Source: Eubacteriales bacterium (GTDB lineage Bacteria; Bacillota; Clostridia; Oscillospirales; CAG-272). Taken from it: a DNA stretch of 47,938 nt. The stretch is taken from positions 1 to 47,938 of the forward strand of contig JAZNFP010000054.1 in NCBI GenBank assembly GCA_045576095.1, in the 5' to 3' direction. Position 1 is the stretch's first letter; the number at the start of each line of letters is the position of its first letter. Positions 8,743 through 17,019 of this stretch are shown here, one piece after another. A model generated the notes under the pieces. That model was not told the origin of the DNA. It worked only from the letters and a program-made list of their open reading frames with translations, and did not search any database. The position numbers and the translations under genes are program-made.

Positions 8743-10563
8743 TCACTCCGCTTCGGGAGCTTCCTCCTTGGGGAGATACTGAGTGTAGTTCTTCTGCGAA
8801 ACCTTGGTAAATACGACGTATCCGTTATAGTCAACCTTGATCTTGGAAAGACCGCTCGATGCGTAGTAGCTCTGGTTGAAAACGAGCGGAATAATCGGCA
8901 TATCGTCGAGCAGGATTTCCTCCGCCTCATGCAGAAGATCCGCTCTCTTACCAAGGTCCTTTTCGGCAAGGGCTGCCGAAACCTTTGCATCGTACGCCTC
9001 GCTATGATAGCCGAGGACGTTGGGAAGCGGATTGTACGTCGGGGGGTTGGCGGAGTCGATTCCCTCACCCGTACCGAGGTCAATGCCGTTACCGTTGAGA
9101 GTCGAGGTCAGCTGAGCGAAGGCAGAAAGAGCATTCGCCGAGTACATCTGATAGTCGATACCGATCACGTCAAATTCGCCGCGCTCATAGGCACGCTGCA
9201 GTGCCGAATCGGAGAGCTCAAGCACCGTTCCGTTGTCGCTGTACTCCACCGTTACGCCCGAAACGGGGACGAGCTCGATCTCATAGCCGAGCTGCTCCCA
9301 TAGACCCTTTACGTAGGTTGCAATCGCCAGATCTGCCTCGCAGTCGTAATAGGTGATGGTAAAGCTTCCGGTGCTATAGCCGCTGATTGCCGCAAGTGCC
9401 GTGCGCGCCTCGTCAACCGTCATGGTTGCGGTCGTCGAAAGAAGGTCGCCGCCGTTCTTGCGGAAATTCGAGGAAAGCTTCGAGCCGTCGGAAACAGCCG
9501 AGGGAACGAGACCGGTTGCGGGCTTTCCGTACACGATGGTCGAAAGAATCGCCTCGCGGCTGATGACGCTTGCCAGAATCTTGCGGACCTCGGGATTCGA
9601 GAAAAGGGGATTGTTCGTATTGAACGCATAGGTATAGGTCGAAAGCAGATCCTCGGTTCTGACATCAGCCTCGTTTCGCTTTGCAAGCGGAATCTCGCCG
9701 ACGTAGAAGCAGGTCTTCTCAACGAGACCGGTCAGGAGCGAGTCGAGGTAATCGGCATCGGAGATCGTCAGATCGACGTTCCAAACGGTCTTGAGAAGGT
9801 TCGGCGTTACGTAAGCATCGGCAACCGCGTCGGAGTTTGCGGGGCGATGATACCCCTCGTTTCTCGCCAGCGTGAAGATGCCGCCGTCTACGTCGTAATC
9901 GTCCACCTTGAAGGGACCGTTACAGGAAAACGTGGAGAGACGCTTTCCCCAAAACTCCTGTCTTGCGCCGATCGCGTTCGCGTTCAGAGGAGCAAGCGCG
10001 ATGCTCGCCAGATTGCGAAGGAACGCCTTGTAAGAGGTCACACCCTCCTCGAGGGTGATCTCCAGGGTATTGTTATCGAGCGCCTTGACGCCGAACTCGT
10101 CAAGCGAGCAATCGCCGTGCTTAACGGCAACGGCGTTCTTGACGTCAAACAGAAGCGTTGCTGCGGGGTTGGAGGAATCGCAGCGGATCAGGCGCTGCCA
10201 GCTGTAAAGGAAGTCTGCTGCCGAAACGCGGGTGGTTCCGTCGCTCCAATAGGTCTCGCGGAGCTTCACCGTAATCACGCCGTCCTTCTCGTTGACCGAA
10301 TAGCTCTTCGCAACACCGTTGACAAGCTCGCCGTCACCGTTCAGACGGAACAGCGGCTCGAAGAGAAGGCTGATGACCGAGAGCGCACCGTCGCTCGTAT
10401 AGTCGCCCTGAGGATCGAAGTCGTAAATGGGATTTCCAAGATAAACGCTGATCTGAGCGCCGCCATCAACAGGCTCCTTGTCTCCGCAGGAGACGAGCGA
10501 AAGCGACGTGCCGCACAGCAGCATCGCGCACAAAAGCAGGCTGATAAGTTTCTTCATTTTCAT
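8743..10563 (-). CDS. oppA: Oligopeptide ABC transporter substrate-binding lipoprotein (OppA/SBP family 5)
   Basis: Lipobox LVSC, LFEPL, WSDG...V.AADF.YSW.R, NGPF, AEEILLDDMPIIPL. Confidence 0.88.
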   Translation of the reverse strand: MKMKKLISLLLCAMLLCGTSLSLVSCGDKEPVDGGAQISVYLGNPIYDFDPQGDYTSDGALSVISLLFEPLFRLNGDGELVNGVAKSYSVNEKDGVITVKLRETYWSDGTTRVSAADFLYSWQRLIRCDSSNPAATLLFDVKNAVAVKHGDCSLDEFGVKALDNNTLEITLEEGVTSYKAFLRNLASIALAPLNANAIGARQEFWGKRLSTFSCNGPFKVDDYDVDGGIFTLARNEGYHRPANSDAVADAYVTPNLLKTVWNVDLTISDADYLDSLLTGLVEKTCFYVGEIPLAKRNEADVRTEDLLSTYTYAFNTNNPLFSNPEVRKILASVISREAILSTIVYGKPATGLVPSAVSDGSKLSSNFRKNGGDLLSTTATMTVDEARTALAAISGYSTGSFTITYYDCEADLAIATYVKGLWEQLGYEIELVPVSGVTVEYSDNGTVLELSDSALQRAYERGEFDVIGIDYQMYSANALSAFAQLTSTLNGNGIDLGTGEGIDSANPPTYNPLPNVLGYHSEAYDAKVSAALAEKDLGKRADLLHEAEEILLDDMPIIPLVFNQSYYASSGLSKIKVDYNGYVVFTKVSQKNYTQYLPKEEAPEAE

Positions 10564-10616
10564 TCCTCCAAGAACCGGGTTTCAACACGTGAATATAACA
10601 ATATTGAATCGTGGAT

Positions 10617-10645
10617 ATTATACCACGCTTCCGATTATTTTTCAA
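10617..10645 (-). promoter_or_regulatory. Sigma-A promoter of oppA
   Basis: TTGAAA-17-TATAAT with an extended TG. Confidence 0.65.
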
Positions 10646-10795
10646 TGGCTAATTCACGAACCGAGAAATTTTGTCTATTTGCACAATCTTTTTCGGCTTT
10701 TTTGTGCAGTTTGACGGTGCTTTTTCCGACCGCTTCGGAATCGGGTGCCGAGAAAACGGGCATCATAACGAAAAACAGCGGCGAAAGGAGCGAGC

Positions 10796-11641
10796 ATGAA
10801 GCTTTCCGGAAGAACCGATCTTGCCCTGGAGCGGCATCGTGCCGACCCGAGCATCGAGGGAACCGAGCTTACCGAAATCAAGCGGGGAGCTCTCACCGTC
10901 ACCCGTCTTTGCGTGACGACCGAAGCTGCCGCAAGAGAGATCGGGCGCCCGATTGGGCATTACACCACCGTTGCCTTCCCCGATCTTTTGATGCTCGATG
11001 CAAAAGCCGACGCGGAGCTTGCCTCACTGGTTGCGCTTGAGATGGCGGCACTCACGGAGCCCCTGCTCGGCGCTCTGCCGCGAGGAGGACGGCGGGTTCT
11101 TCTCGTCGGACTCGGCAACCGCGCCCTTGCCGCCGACGCGATCGGGCCGATGACGGTCGAGCGCATTGGAGCAACGGGACAGCTGGAGGCGATTGATCCG
11201 GCTTCCCTTAAAGCGCTTGACTGTGCCTCGCTTTTTTGCAATATCCCCGGGGTTCTTGCCGATTCGGGACTGGAGGCTGCCGATACCGTGCATCTTCTCT
11301 CGCGCCGACTCTCCCCCGATCTTGTGATCGTGCTTGATGCGCTTGCCGCACGCGATGCAGAGCGCCTTTGCTCGACCGTACAGCTCTCGGATACCGGGAT
11401 TGCCCCCGGCTCCGGAATCGGAAACCGACGTCCGGGAATCACCGAGGATATCCTCGGCGTTCCGGTTCTTGCAATCGGCGTCCCGACCGTCATCGACGCG
11501 GCGATGCTCGGGGGAGCTCGCACGCTTGAGCTGTTCGTAACGGTCAAGGATATCGACGCGCGGCTCCGCCGTCTCGCCCCGATTCTGGCGAAGGCGATCG
11601 GAGAGCATCTCGCCCTGCCGAGCGAGCTTCTCACAACCTAA
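10796..11641 (+). CDS. gpr: Germination protease (GPR endopeptidase)
   Basis: RTDLALE, VGLGN...DAIGP, DALAAR, Q.SDTGI.PGSGIGN.R, GVPVLAIGVPTVIDA. Confidence 0.92.
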   Translation: MKLSGRTDLALERHRADPSIEGTELTEIKRGALTVTRLCVTTEAAAREIGRPIGHYTTVAFPDLLMLDAKADAELASLVALEMAALTEPLLGALPRGGRRVLLVGLGNRALAADAIGPMTVERIGATGQLEAIDPASLKALDCASLFCNIPGVLADSGLEAADTVHLLSRRLSPDLVIVLDALAARDAERLCSTVQLSDTGIAPGSGIGNRRPGITEDILGVPVLAIGVPTVIDAAMLGGARTLELFVTVKDIDARLRRLAPILAKAIGEHLALPSELLTT

Positions 11642-11661
11642 AGCAACCGAACGTATAGCTT

Positions 11662-11696
11662 GAGGGAGAGCGACGCGCAGTCGCTCTCCCTCTCTT
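11662..11696. terminator. Terminator between convergent genes
   Basis: GAGGGAGAGCGAC-gcgca-GTCGCTCTCCCTC hairpin. Confidence 0.75.
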
Positions 11697-11724
11697 TGCA
11701 CGGTTTTACGGCATCAAAGCACCG

Positions 11725-12540
11725 TCAAAGCCCGATCGAACGAAGATACTTTCTCGAGATGTCGATGCACTCCATCGAGGAAAGCCCCTGGCTCGGACGG
11801 TCCTGCTCCACGACGACCCACTCGGCGCCCGCCTTCTCGGCAGCCTCAACGATGGGCGGGAAGGTCTGCATTCCGTGACCGACGGCGCGGAACTCGAAGG
11901 CAGCCGTTTCGTTAACCTTCTTGTCGATGCCGATCAGCTCGTACATGCCGTCTCTCGACGCACCCTCCCGGCGATAAAAGTCCTTGAGATGCACGACGGG
12001 CGCTCTGCCGGCATACTTATTGACGTAGGCAACGGGATCCTCTCCCGCCACCTTAACCCAGCAGGTATCGAGCTCGGTCGCAAGAAGATCGGCGGGAACC
12101 GAATCGTAAAGAACGTCGAGTCCGTATCCCCCGTCAATCCTGACAAACTCAAAATCGTGGTTGTGGTAGAGAAGCAGCATTCCGTATTTCTTGGCATTCT
12201 CACCGATCTCGCGGATCATCCGAATCGTCTTCGGGAAGGCGGGAGTATCGGGACGGTATTCCTCCGCGATGTAGGGCACGACGATGTACTTGACGCCGAT
12301 CTCACGGTAGAAGGAGAAGGTTTCGTCGGGCTTTTCATACATCTCTGCCATCGGCACGTGCGCCGAGAAGGGGACGAGGGCGAGCTCGTCAAGCACGCGC
12401 TTGATCTCGCCGGCAGAAAGACCGTAGTCCCCCGCAAGCTCTACACCGTCATAGCCCATCTCCTTGATCCTTTTCATGGTTGCCGCAAAATCCTTTTCGG
12501 CAAAATCGCGGACCGAATACACCTGTACGCCGACTTTCAT
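11725..12540 (-). CDS. Sugar phosphate isomerase/epimerase (AP endonuclease 2 / IolE-like TIM barrel)
   Basis: GVQVYSVRD, GYDGVELAG, YHNHDFEF, ELDTCW, VHLKD, VVEQD; promoter TTGACA(12616-12611)-17-TATAAT(12593-12588). Confidence 0.88.
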   Translation of the reverse strand: MKVGVQVYSVRDFAEKDFAATMKRIKEMGYDGVELAGDYGLSAGEIKRVLDELALVPFSAHVPMAEMYEKPDETFSFYREIGVKYIVVPYIAEEYRPDTPAFPKTIRMIREIGENAKKYGMLLLYHNHDFEFVRIDGGYGLDVLYDSVPADLLATELDTCWVKVAGEDPVAYVNKYAGRAPVVHLKDFYRREGASRDGMYELIGIDKKVNETAAFEFRAVGHGMQTFPPIVEAAEKAGAEWVVVEQDRPSQGLSSMECIDISRKYLRSIGL

Positions 12541-12645
12541 ACTCTCACCCTCCGTTTTCCCCCTTGGGGGACGTTTCATTTACCTATATTATACTCGCGG
12601 GCGCGCGAGATGTCAAGCCGCCAAGGAAAATTTCCCCAAAAAGCG

Positions 12646-12674
12646 GTATAGTCGCCCTCCGTGCGGCATAGGAT
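12646..12674 (+). promoter_or_regulatory. Putative sigma-E (mother-cell) promoter of spoIVA
   Basis: GTATA-16-CATAGGAT fits ATA-N16-18-CATAnnnT; spoIVA is SigE-controlled in model spore formers. Confidence 0.55.
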
Positions 12675-12708
12675 GTCACGAAACAGAAATCGGAGGTGGT
12701 ACGTACAG

Positions 12709-14178
12709 ATGCCGGAGCATTCCATTTATCGGGAGATCGCCGAGCGGACCGGCGGCGACATTTATATCGGAGTGGTCGGCCCCGTCCGAAGCGGGAAATC
12801 GACCTTTATCCGCCGCTTCCTTGAGGTAGCGGTTCTGCCGAACATCAAGGACGAGAGCGATCGCACCCGAACGCTCGACAGCATGCCGCAAGCGGCAAGC
12901 GGACGGACCGTGATGACAACCGAGCCAAAGTTCATCCCCGACGAGGCAGTGCGCGTCACCCTCGGGGGAATCGGTATGCGGTTACGCATGGTGGACTGCG
13001 TCGGCTTTCTCATCCCCGAGGCGCTCGGAGGCGAGGAGGGGGGCGTTCCGCGCATGGTCAAAACGCCCTGGAGCGAGGCTCCCATTCCCTTTTCCGATGC
13101 CGCCGAGATCGGCACGCGCCGAGTCATCTCGGAGCATTCGACGATCTGCATGCTGGTGACGAGCGACGGAAGCATCGCGGGCATCCCGCGCGAGAGCTAT
13201 CGCGCCTCTGAGGAGGCGGCTGCAACCGAGCTCGCGCGGCAAAACCGCCCCTACGTCATTATTCTGAACTCCCAGCACCCCTCGGATGAGGAGAGCGTTC
13301 GCCTTGCCTACGAGCTTGAGGGGCGCTATAACGCGCCGGTGGCGCTCGTGGATTGCCGCATCCTCGGCGCCGAGGACGTCAGGCATATCATGGAGCTGGT
13401 GCTGGCAGAGTTTCCGATGCGTGAAATCCGCTTTGCCCTGCCCCGCTATTTCCGCGTGCTTGAACGAACGCATCCTCTTTGCCGCGCGGCTCGCGAGGCG
13501 GTGGGAGGAATCAGCGAGGAAACGCTGAAGGTCGGCGATCTCTCGCGGATCGGCGAGCTTTCGGTCGAGGGCGGCGGAAGCTGGCAGCTCGAGACGTCGG
13601 ATGCGGGAAAGGGAACGGCTCGCCTTTCGCTTGCGCTCCCCGAGGAAACCTACTATCGGGTGCTCAGCGAGCGCTCCGGGCTCTCGGTTTCGGATGCGGC
13701 GGAGCTTCTCGAGGCAGTCACCGAGCTTGCCGCCGTTAAGCGTGCCTACGCTCGGGTCGAGGAGGCACTGCGCGAGGTGGAGGAAAAGGGCTACGGCATC
13801 GTAATGCCGGAGATCAGCGAGCTTCGCCTCGAGGATCCGAAGATCGTTAAGCAACCCGGCGGCTACGGCGTTCGTCTGCGCGCCTCTGCCAAGTCGATCC
13901 ACATGATCAAGGCGGATATCGAGACCGAGATCCATCCCGTCGTCGGCACTGAGGCACAGTCGGAGGAGATGATCCGCTACCTCGTCGGGGAATTCGAGGA
14001 GGATCCGAGCGCCGTCTGGAGCTCCAATCTGTTCGGAAAGAGCCTATACGACCTCACGAGCGAGGGGATTCGCCGCAAGCTCGAGAACATGCCCGAGGAA
14101 TCAAGGCAAAAGCTCTCCGAAACGCTTGAAAGAATCATTAACGAGGGCACGAGCGGTCTGATCTGCATTCTCCTTTAA
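12709..14178 (+). CDS. spoIVA: Stage IV sporulation protein A (coat morphogenetic ATPase)
   Basis: IYREIAERTGGDIYIGVVGPVRSGKSTFI, MTTEPKFIP, C-terminal INEG.SGLICILL; RBS GGAGGT. Confidence 0.97.
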   Translation: MPEHSIYREIAERTGGDIYIGVVGPVRSGKSTFIRRFLEVAVLPNIKDESDRTRTLDSMPQAASGRTVMTTEPKFIPDEAVRVTLGGIGMRLRMVDCVGFLIPEALGGEEGGVPRMVKTPWSEAPIPFSDAAEIGTRRVISEHSTICMLVTSDGSIAGIPRESYRASEEAAATELARQNRPYVIILNSQHPSDEESVRLAYELEGRYNAPVALVDCRILGAEDVRHIMELVLAEFPMREIRFALPRYFRVLERTHPLCRAAREAVGGISEETLKVGDLSRIGELSVEGGGSWQLETSDAGKGTARLSLALPEETYYRVLSERSGLSVSDAAELLEAVTELAAVKRAYARVEEALREVEEKGYGIVMPEISELRLEDPKIVKQPGGYGVRLRASAKSIHMIKADIETEIHPVVGTEAQSEEMIRYLVGEFEEDPSAVWSSNLFGKSLYDLTSEGIRRKLENMPEESRQKLSETLERIINEGTSGLICILL

Positions 14179-14184
14179 GCTATT

Positions 14185-14222
14185 GCGCATCGCCTCGGAG
14201 AGTCTCCGAGGCGATGCGCTTT
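14185..14222 (+). terminator. Intrinsic terminator of spoIVA
   Basis: 17-bp inverted repeat GCGCATCGCCTCGGAGA/TCTCCGAGGCGATGCGC followed by T residues. Confidence 0.8.
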
Positions 14223-14338
14223 GCACTGACGGCTTCGGGTCTGAAGCTTCGCTTCTCACCGAAATCCGATGCGCCCCCATGCAAAAGAAGTGAAAAAGAA
14301 GCTCTGCAAAAAAAACTTATTTTTTTGTGAAAAAGGGG

Positions 14339-14367
14339 TTGCAAAATCGCATCTCCTGTGCTATAAT
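14339..14367 (+). promoter_or_regulatory. Sigma-A promoter of tRNA-Ser
   Basis: TTGCAA-17-TATAAT with TG extension and upstream A/T tracts. Confidence 0.8.
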
Positions 14368-14406
14368 ACCAATGTTCCGCCAAACGGCAGAGCAACAATT
14401 TCATAC

Positions 14407-14495
14407 GCAGAGGTATCGAAGAGGTCATAACGGGGCTGACTCGAAATCAGTTTGGGAGCAATCCCACGTGGGTTCGAATCCCACCCTCTGCGCCA
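14407..14495 (+). tRNA. tRNA-Ser (anticodon CGA)
   Basis: Acceptor GCAGAGG/CCTCTGC, anticodon arm GCTGA-CTCGAAA-TCAGT, long variable arm TGGGA-GCAA-TCCCA, T loop TTCGAAT, G discriminator, encoded CCA. Confidence 0.96.
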
Positions 14496-14539
14496 AAAAG
14501 ACTCACAGTTCCCCTCTTGGGGGCGGTGAGTCTTTTTTT
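14495..14539 (+). terminator. Terminator after tRNA-Ser
   Basis: AAAAAGACTCAC...GTGAGTCTTTTTTT. Confidence 0.75.
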
Positions 14540-14548
14540 GTTCTTGGG

Positions 14549-14659
14549 GGGATTCGAAGGGGAATCGGTGCAGAGCGGACTTCCGGTGGACGTCCGCGAC
14601 CGAGGAAGACCGAGCGCGCAGTTCGCGCGAGAATCGAATCCCACCCTCTGCGCCAAAAA
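14549..14659 (+). repeat. Palindromic cassette ending in a 26-bp duplicate of the tRNA-Ser 3' end
   Basis: 14634-14659 is identical to 14474-14499 (TCGAATCCCACCCTCTGCGCCAAAAA); the cassette is bounded by the GGGATTCGA/TCGAATCCC inverted repeat. Confidence 0.85.
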
Positions 14660-14690
14660 ATTCCGAGAACCAAGTTCTCGGAATTTTTTT
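14655..14690. terminator. Bidirectional terminator-like palindrome
   Basis: AAAAAATTCCGAGAAC-caa-GTTCTCGGAATTTTTT. Confidence 0.75.
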
Positions 14691-14692
14691 AT

Positions 14693-14869
14693 CCAAGCCG
14701 CAGGCCTGGCATATCATCACGACAGAGTCGTGGATATCACCAAGGGCGCGAGCGCCCTTGTATATCATCACGCACCGACGTGTATCTTCCTGCGGCTTGA
14801 TGATATACAATGCTGCGCATTGGTGATATACCGCAACAAGCTGCGGATGATATGCAAGGCTCCGCCTTG
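14693..14869. repeat. Hairpin array with ATATCAY / RTGATAT linkers (element A)
   Basis: Seven short hairpins separated by three NATATCAY and then three RTGATATN linkers. Confidence 0.85.
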
Positions 14870-14872
14870 ATC

Positions 14873-15787
14873 TTATCTCGTCTCCTCTTTTGCCTCTTCC
14901 CCGTCAAACTCCACGCGAATAACGAAATCGAGAAATGCCCGAAGAGCTCTTGAAATCCATTTATTCTTATGGTAAATGAGCTGCTTCCAGATCTCGACGC
15001 CGAAGTCCGAGACGTCAAGGTAGCAAAGCTGCCCCGCCTCGACGTAGGGTTTTGTCACGAAATCGGGCAAGAAGGCAAGCATTTCGCTTTCCGAAACGAT
15101 CTTGGAGATCACGTCGGTGCGCCCGATCTCAAGCGCCGGCGTAATCGAAAGCGATCGCTTGGCAAGCTCCTTATCGAACACGCGCCGATAGTCCTGCTCG
15201 TACTCGGTCAAAATGAAGGGAGCGGAGGCAATGTCGGCAATCCTGAGCTTCCGCTTTCCCGCAAACCCGGAGCCCGCACTTGCAACGAAGTGCATCGGCA
15301 TCGCCTTTTCGCGGGCGATGACGTAATCCCGACGGTTCGATCGGATATCGAGCGTGATAATCACGTCCGCCTCGTTTCGGTCAAGCATATCGAACATGAC
15401 CGTCGTATCCGCGGTCGTGAATTTTACCGCAATCTCGGGATATGCTCGACGGAAATCAATATAATGGGAACGGAGCATCTCCTCACACACCGAGTCGGGC
15501 GTTACGATATGTACGTGTCCGCGGCAATCGCTCTCGCTTGCCACGCTCTCGCGCAGCTCGTCGGTCAGAGCGCGCACCCGATGCGCGTAGGAGACGAGCT
15601 CCCGTCCGCGCTCGGTCAGGGTGATCGTATGGTTGATCCGCTCAAACAAAAGACAGCCGAGCTCGCATTCAAGCTGCTTGATCTGAAAGGAGATCGTTGA
15701 CTGGGAGTACCCGAGCAGCTCTGCCGCTCGCGTGAAGCTGCCGAGCTCCACGACGTGAATAAAGGTGATCAGATTCTTGAGTTCCAT
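14873..15787 (-). CDS. LysR family transcriptional regulator
   Basis: N-terminal HTH (GSFTRAAELLGYSQSTISFQIKQLE.ELG..LFER) plus substrate-binding domain, 304 aa. Confidence 0.95.
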   Translation of the reverse strand: MELKNLITFIHVVELGSFTRAAELLGYSQSTISFQIKQLECELGCLLFERINHTITLTERGRELVSYAHRVRALTDELRESVASESDCRGHVHIVTPDSVCEEMLRSHYIDFRRAYPEIAVKFTTADTTVMFDMLDRNEADVIITLDIRSNRRDYVIAREKAMPMHFVASAGSGFAGKRKLRIADIASAPFILTEYEQDYRRVFDKELAKRSLSITPALEIGRTDVISKIVSESEMLAFLPDFVTKPYVEAGQLCYLDVSDFGVEIWKQLIYHKNKWISRALRAFLDFVIRVEFDGEEAKEETR

Positions 15788-15800
15788 GACAGCTCCGTAT

Positions 15801-15867
15801 CATCGAAAAAATAGATGGCATACATCAAAATCATTCGCTTGACTGATGCCAAGGGATATTATATAAT
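15801..15867 (+). promoter_or_regulatory. LysR-type box and sigma-A promoter of serC
   Basis: CATC-N9-GATG (T-N11-A) at 15801-15817; TTGACT(15839-15844)-17-TATAAT(15862-15867). Confidence 0.6.
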
Positions 15868-15945
15868 ACCGTTATGGAAAACGCAAGTACCGATCGCAAA
15901 AAAGGGACTTGAATTTTCAAAAAAGACGAAAACGAGGAGAGAAAA

Positions 15946-17019
15946 ATGAGAGTCTACAATTTTGCGGCAGGTCCGTCGACCCTTCCGCTTCCCGTGCTGG
16001 AGGAGGCACAGAAGGAGCTTCTTGACTACGCAGGAACCGGCATGAGCATCATGGAGATGAGCCACAGAGGAAAGCCGTTTATGGCAGTCAACGCCGAGGC
16101 ACAGGCGCTGCTCCGCGAGCTGCTCGGCATTCCGGACGACTATGCCGTTCTGTTCGTGCAGGGCGGTGCATCCCAGCAGTTTGCCGCTGTACCGCTGAAC
16201 CTCATGCAGAAGGGCAAGGCAGACTATCTCGTAACCGGTAACTTTGCGACCAAGGCCTACGAAGAGGCGCAGAAGTACGGCGACGTTGCAATCGCCGCAT
16301 CCTCCAAGGATAAGGCATTTACCTATATCCCCGATATGAAAACGCTGAAGGTACGCGACGGAATCGACTATCTGCACCTGACCCATAATAACACGATCTT
16401 CGGCACCCGCTTTACCGAGCTTCCCGAGATCGACGCTCCGATCGTTGCCGATATGAGCTCCTCGATTCTGAGCGAGGAGATCGACGTTACGAAATTCGGA
16501 CTGATCTACGCCGGCGCACAGAAGAACATCGCCCCCGCCGGACTGACGATCGTCATCGTCCGCCGCGATCTGATCGGAAAGGCAGCTCCCATCTGCCCCG
16601 TGATGCTCGACTACGCCGTGCAGGCAAAGAACGACAGCCTCTATAACACCCCGCCCTGCTTCCCCATCTACATGGCGATGCTTGTCTTCCGCCACATCAA
16701 GGCACTCGGCGGTGTCAAGGCGATGCAGAAGATCAACGAGGAGAAGGCGGCTCTGCTCTACGACTTTATTGACAACTCGACGTTCTATACCAACCGCGTG
16801 AATCCGAAGGACCGCTCGATCATGAACGTTCCCTTCGTTTCGCCGAGCGAGGAGCTCGATGCCAAGTTCGTCTCCGAGGCGACCAAGGCGGGACTCGTAT
16901 CGCTCAAGGGTCACCGCGTGACGGGCGGTATGCGTGCGTCGATCTATAACGCGATGCCGATCGAGGGTGTCCGTGCACTGATCGACTTTATGAAGAAATT
17001 TGAAATGGAGAACAGATAA
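15946..17019 (+). CDS. serC: Phosphoserine aminotransferase
   Basis: YNFAAGPS, MEMSHR, GGASQQF, YAGAQKN (PLP lysine), NTPP, GHRVTGGMRASIYNA. Confidence 0.97.
   Translation: MRVYNFAAGPSTLPLPVLEEAQKELLDYAGTGMSIMEMSHRGKPFMAVNAEAQALLRELLGIPDDYAVLFVQGGASQQFAAVPLNLMQKGKADYLVTGNFATKAYEEAQKYGDVAIAASSKDKAFTYIPDMKTLKVRDGIDYLHLTHNNTIFGTRFTELPEIDAPIVADMSSSILSEEIDVTKFGLIYAGAQKNIAPAGLTIVIVRRDLIGKAAPICPVMLDYAVQAKNDSLYNTPPCFPIYMAMLVFRHIKALGGVKAMQKINEEKAALLYDFIDNSTFYTNRVNPKDRSIMNVPFVSPSEELDAKFVSEATKAGLVSLKGHRVTGGMRASIYNAMPIEGVRALIDFMKKFEMENR

Noticed and set aside
14327-15018. Short ORFs over the tRNA and repeat region
   Set aside because: They overlap the tRNA and palindromic repeats and have no RBS or protein-like features.
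14407-15787. Intact integrative element or prophage at tRNA-Ser
   Set aside because: No integrase or phage genes; the att-like repeats are only 160 bp apart.
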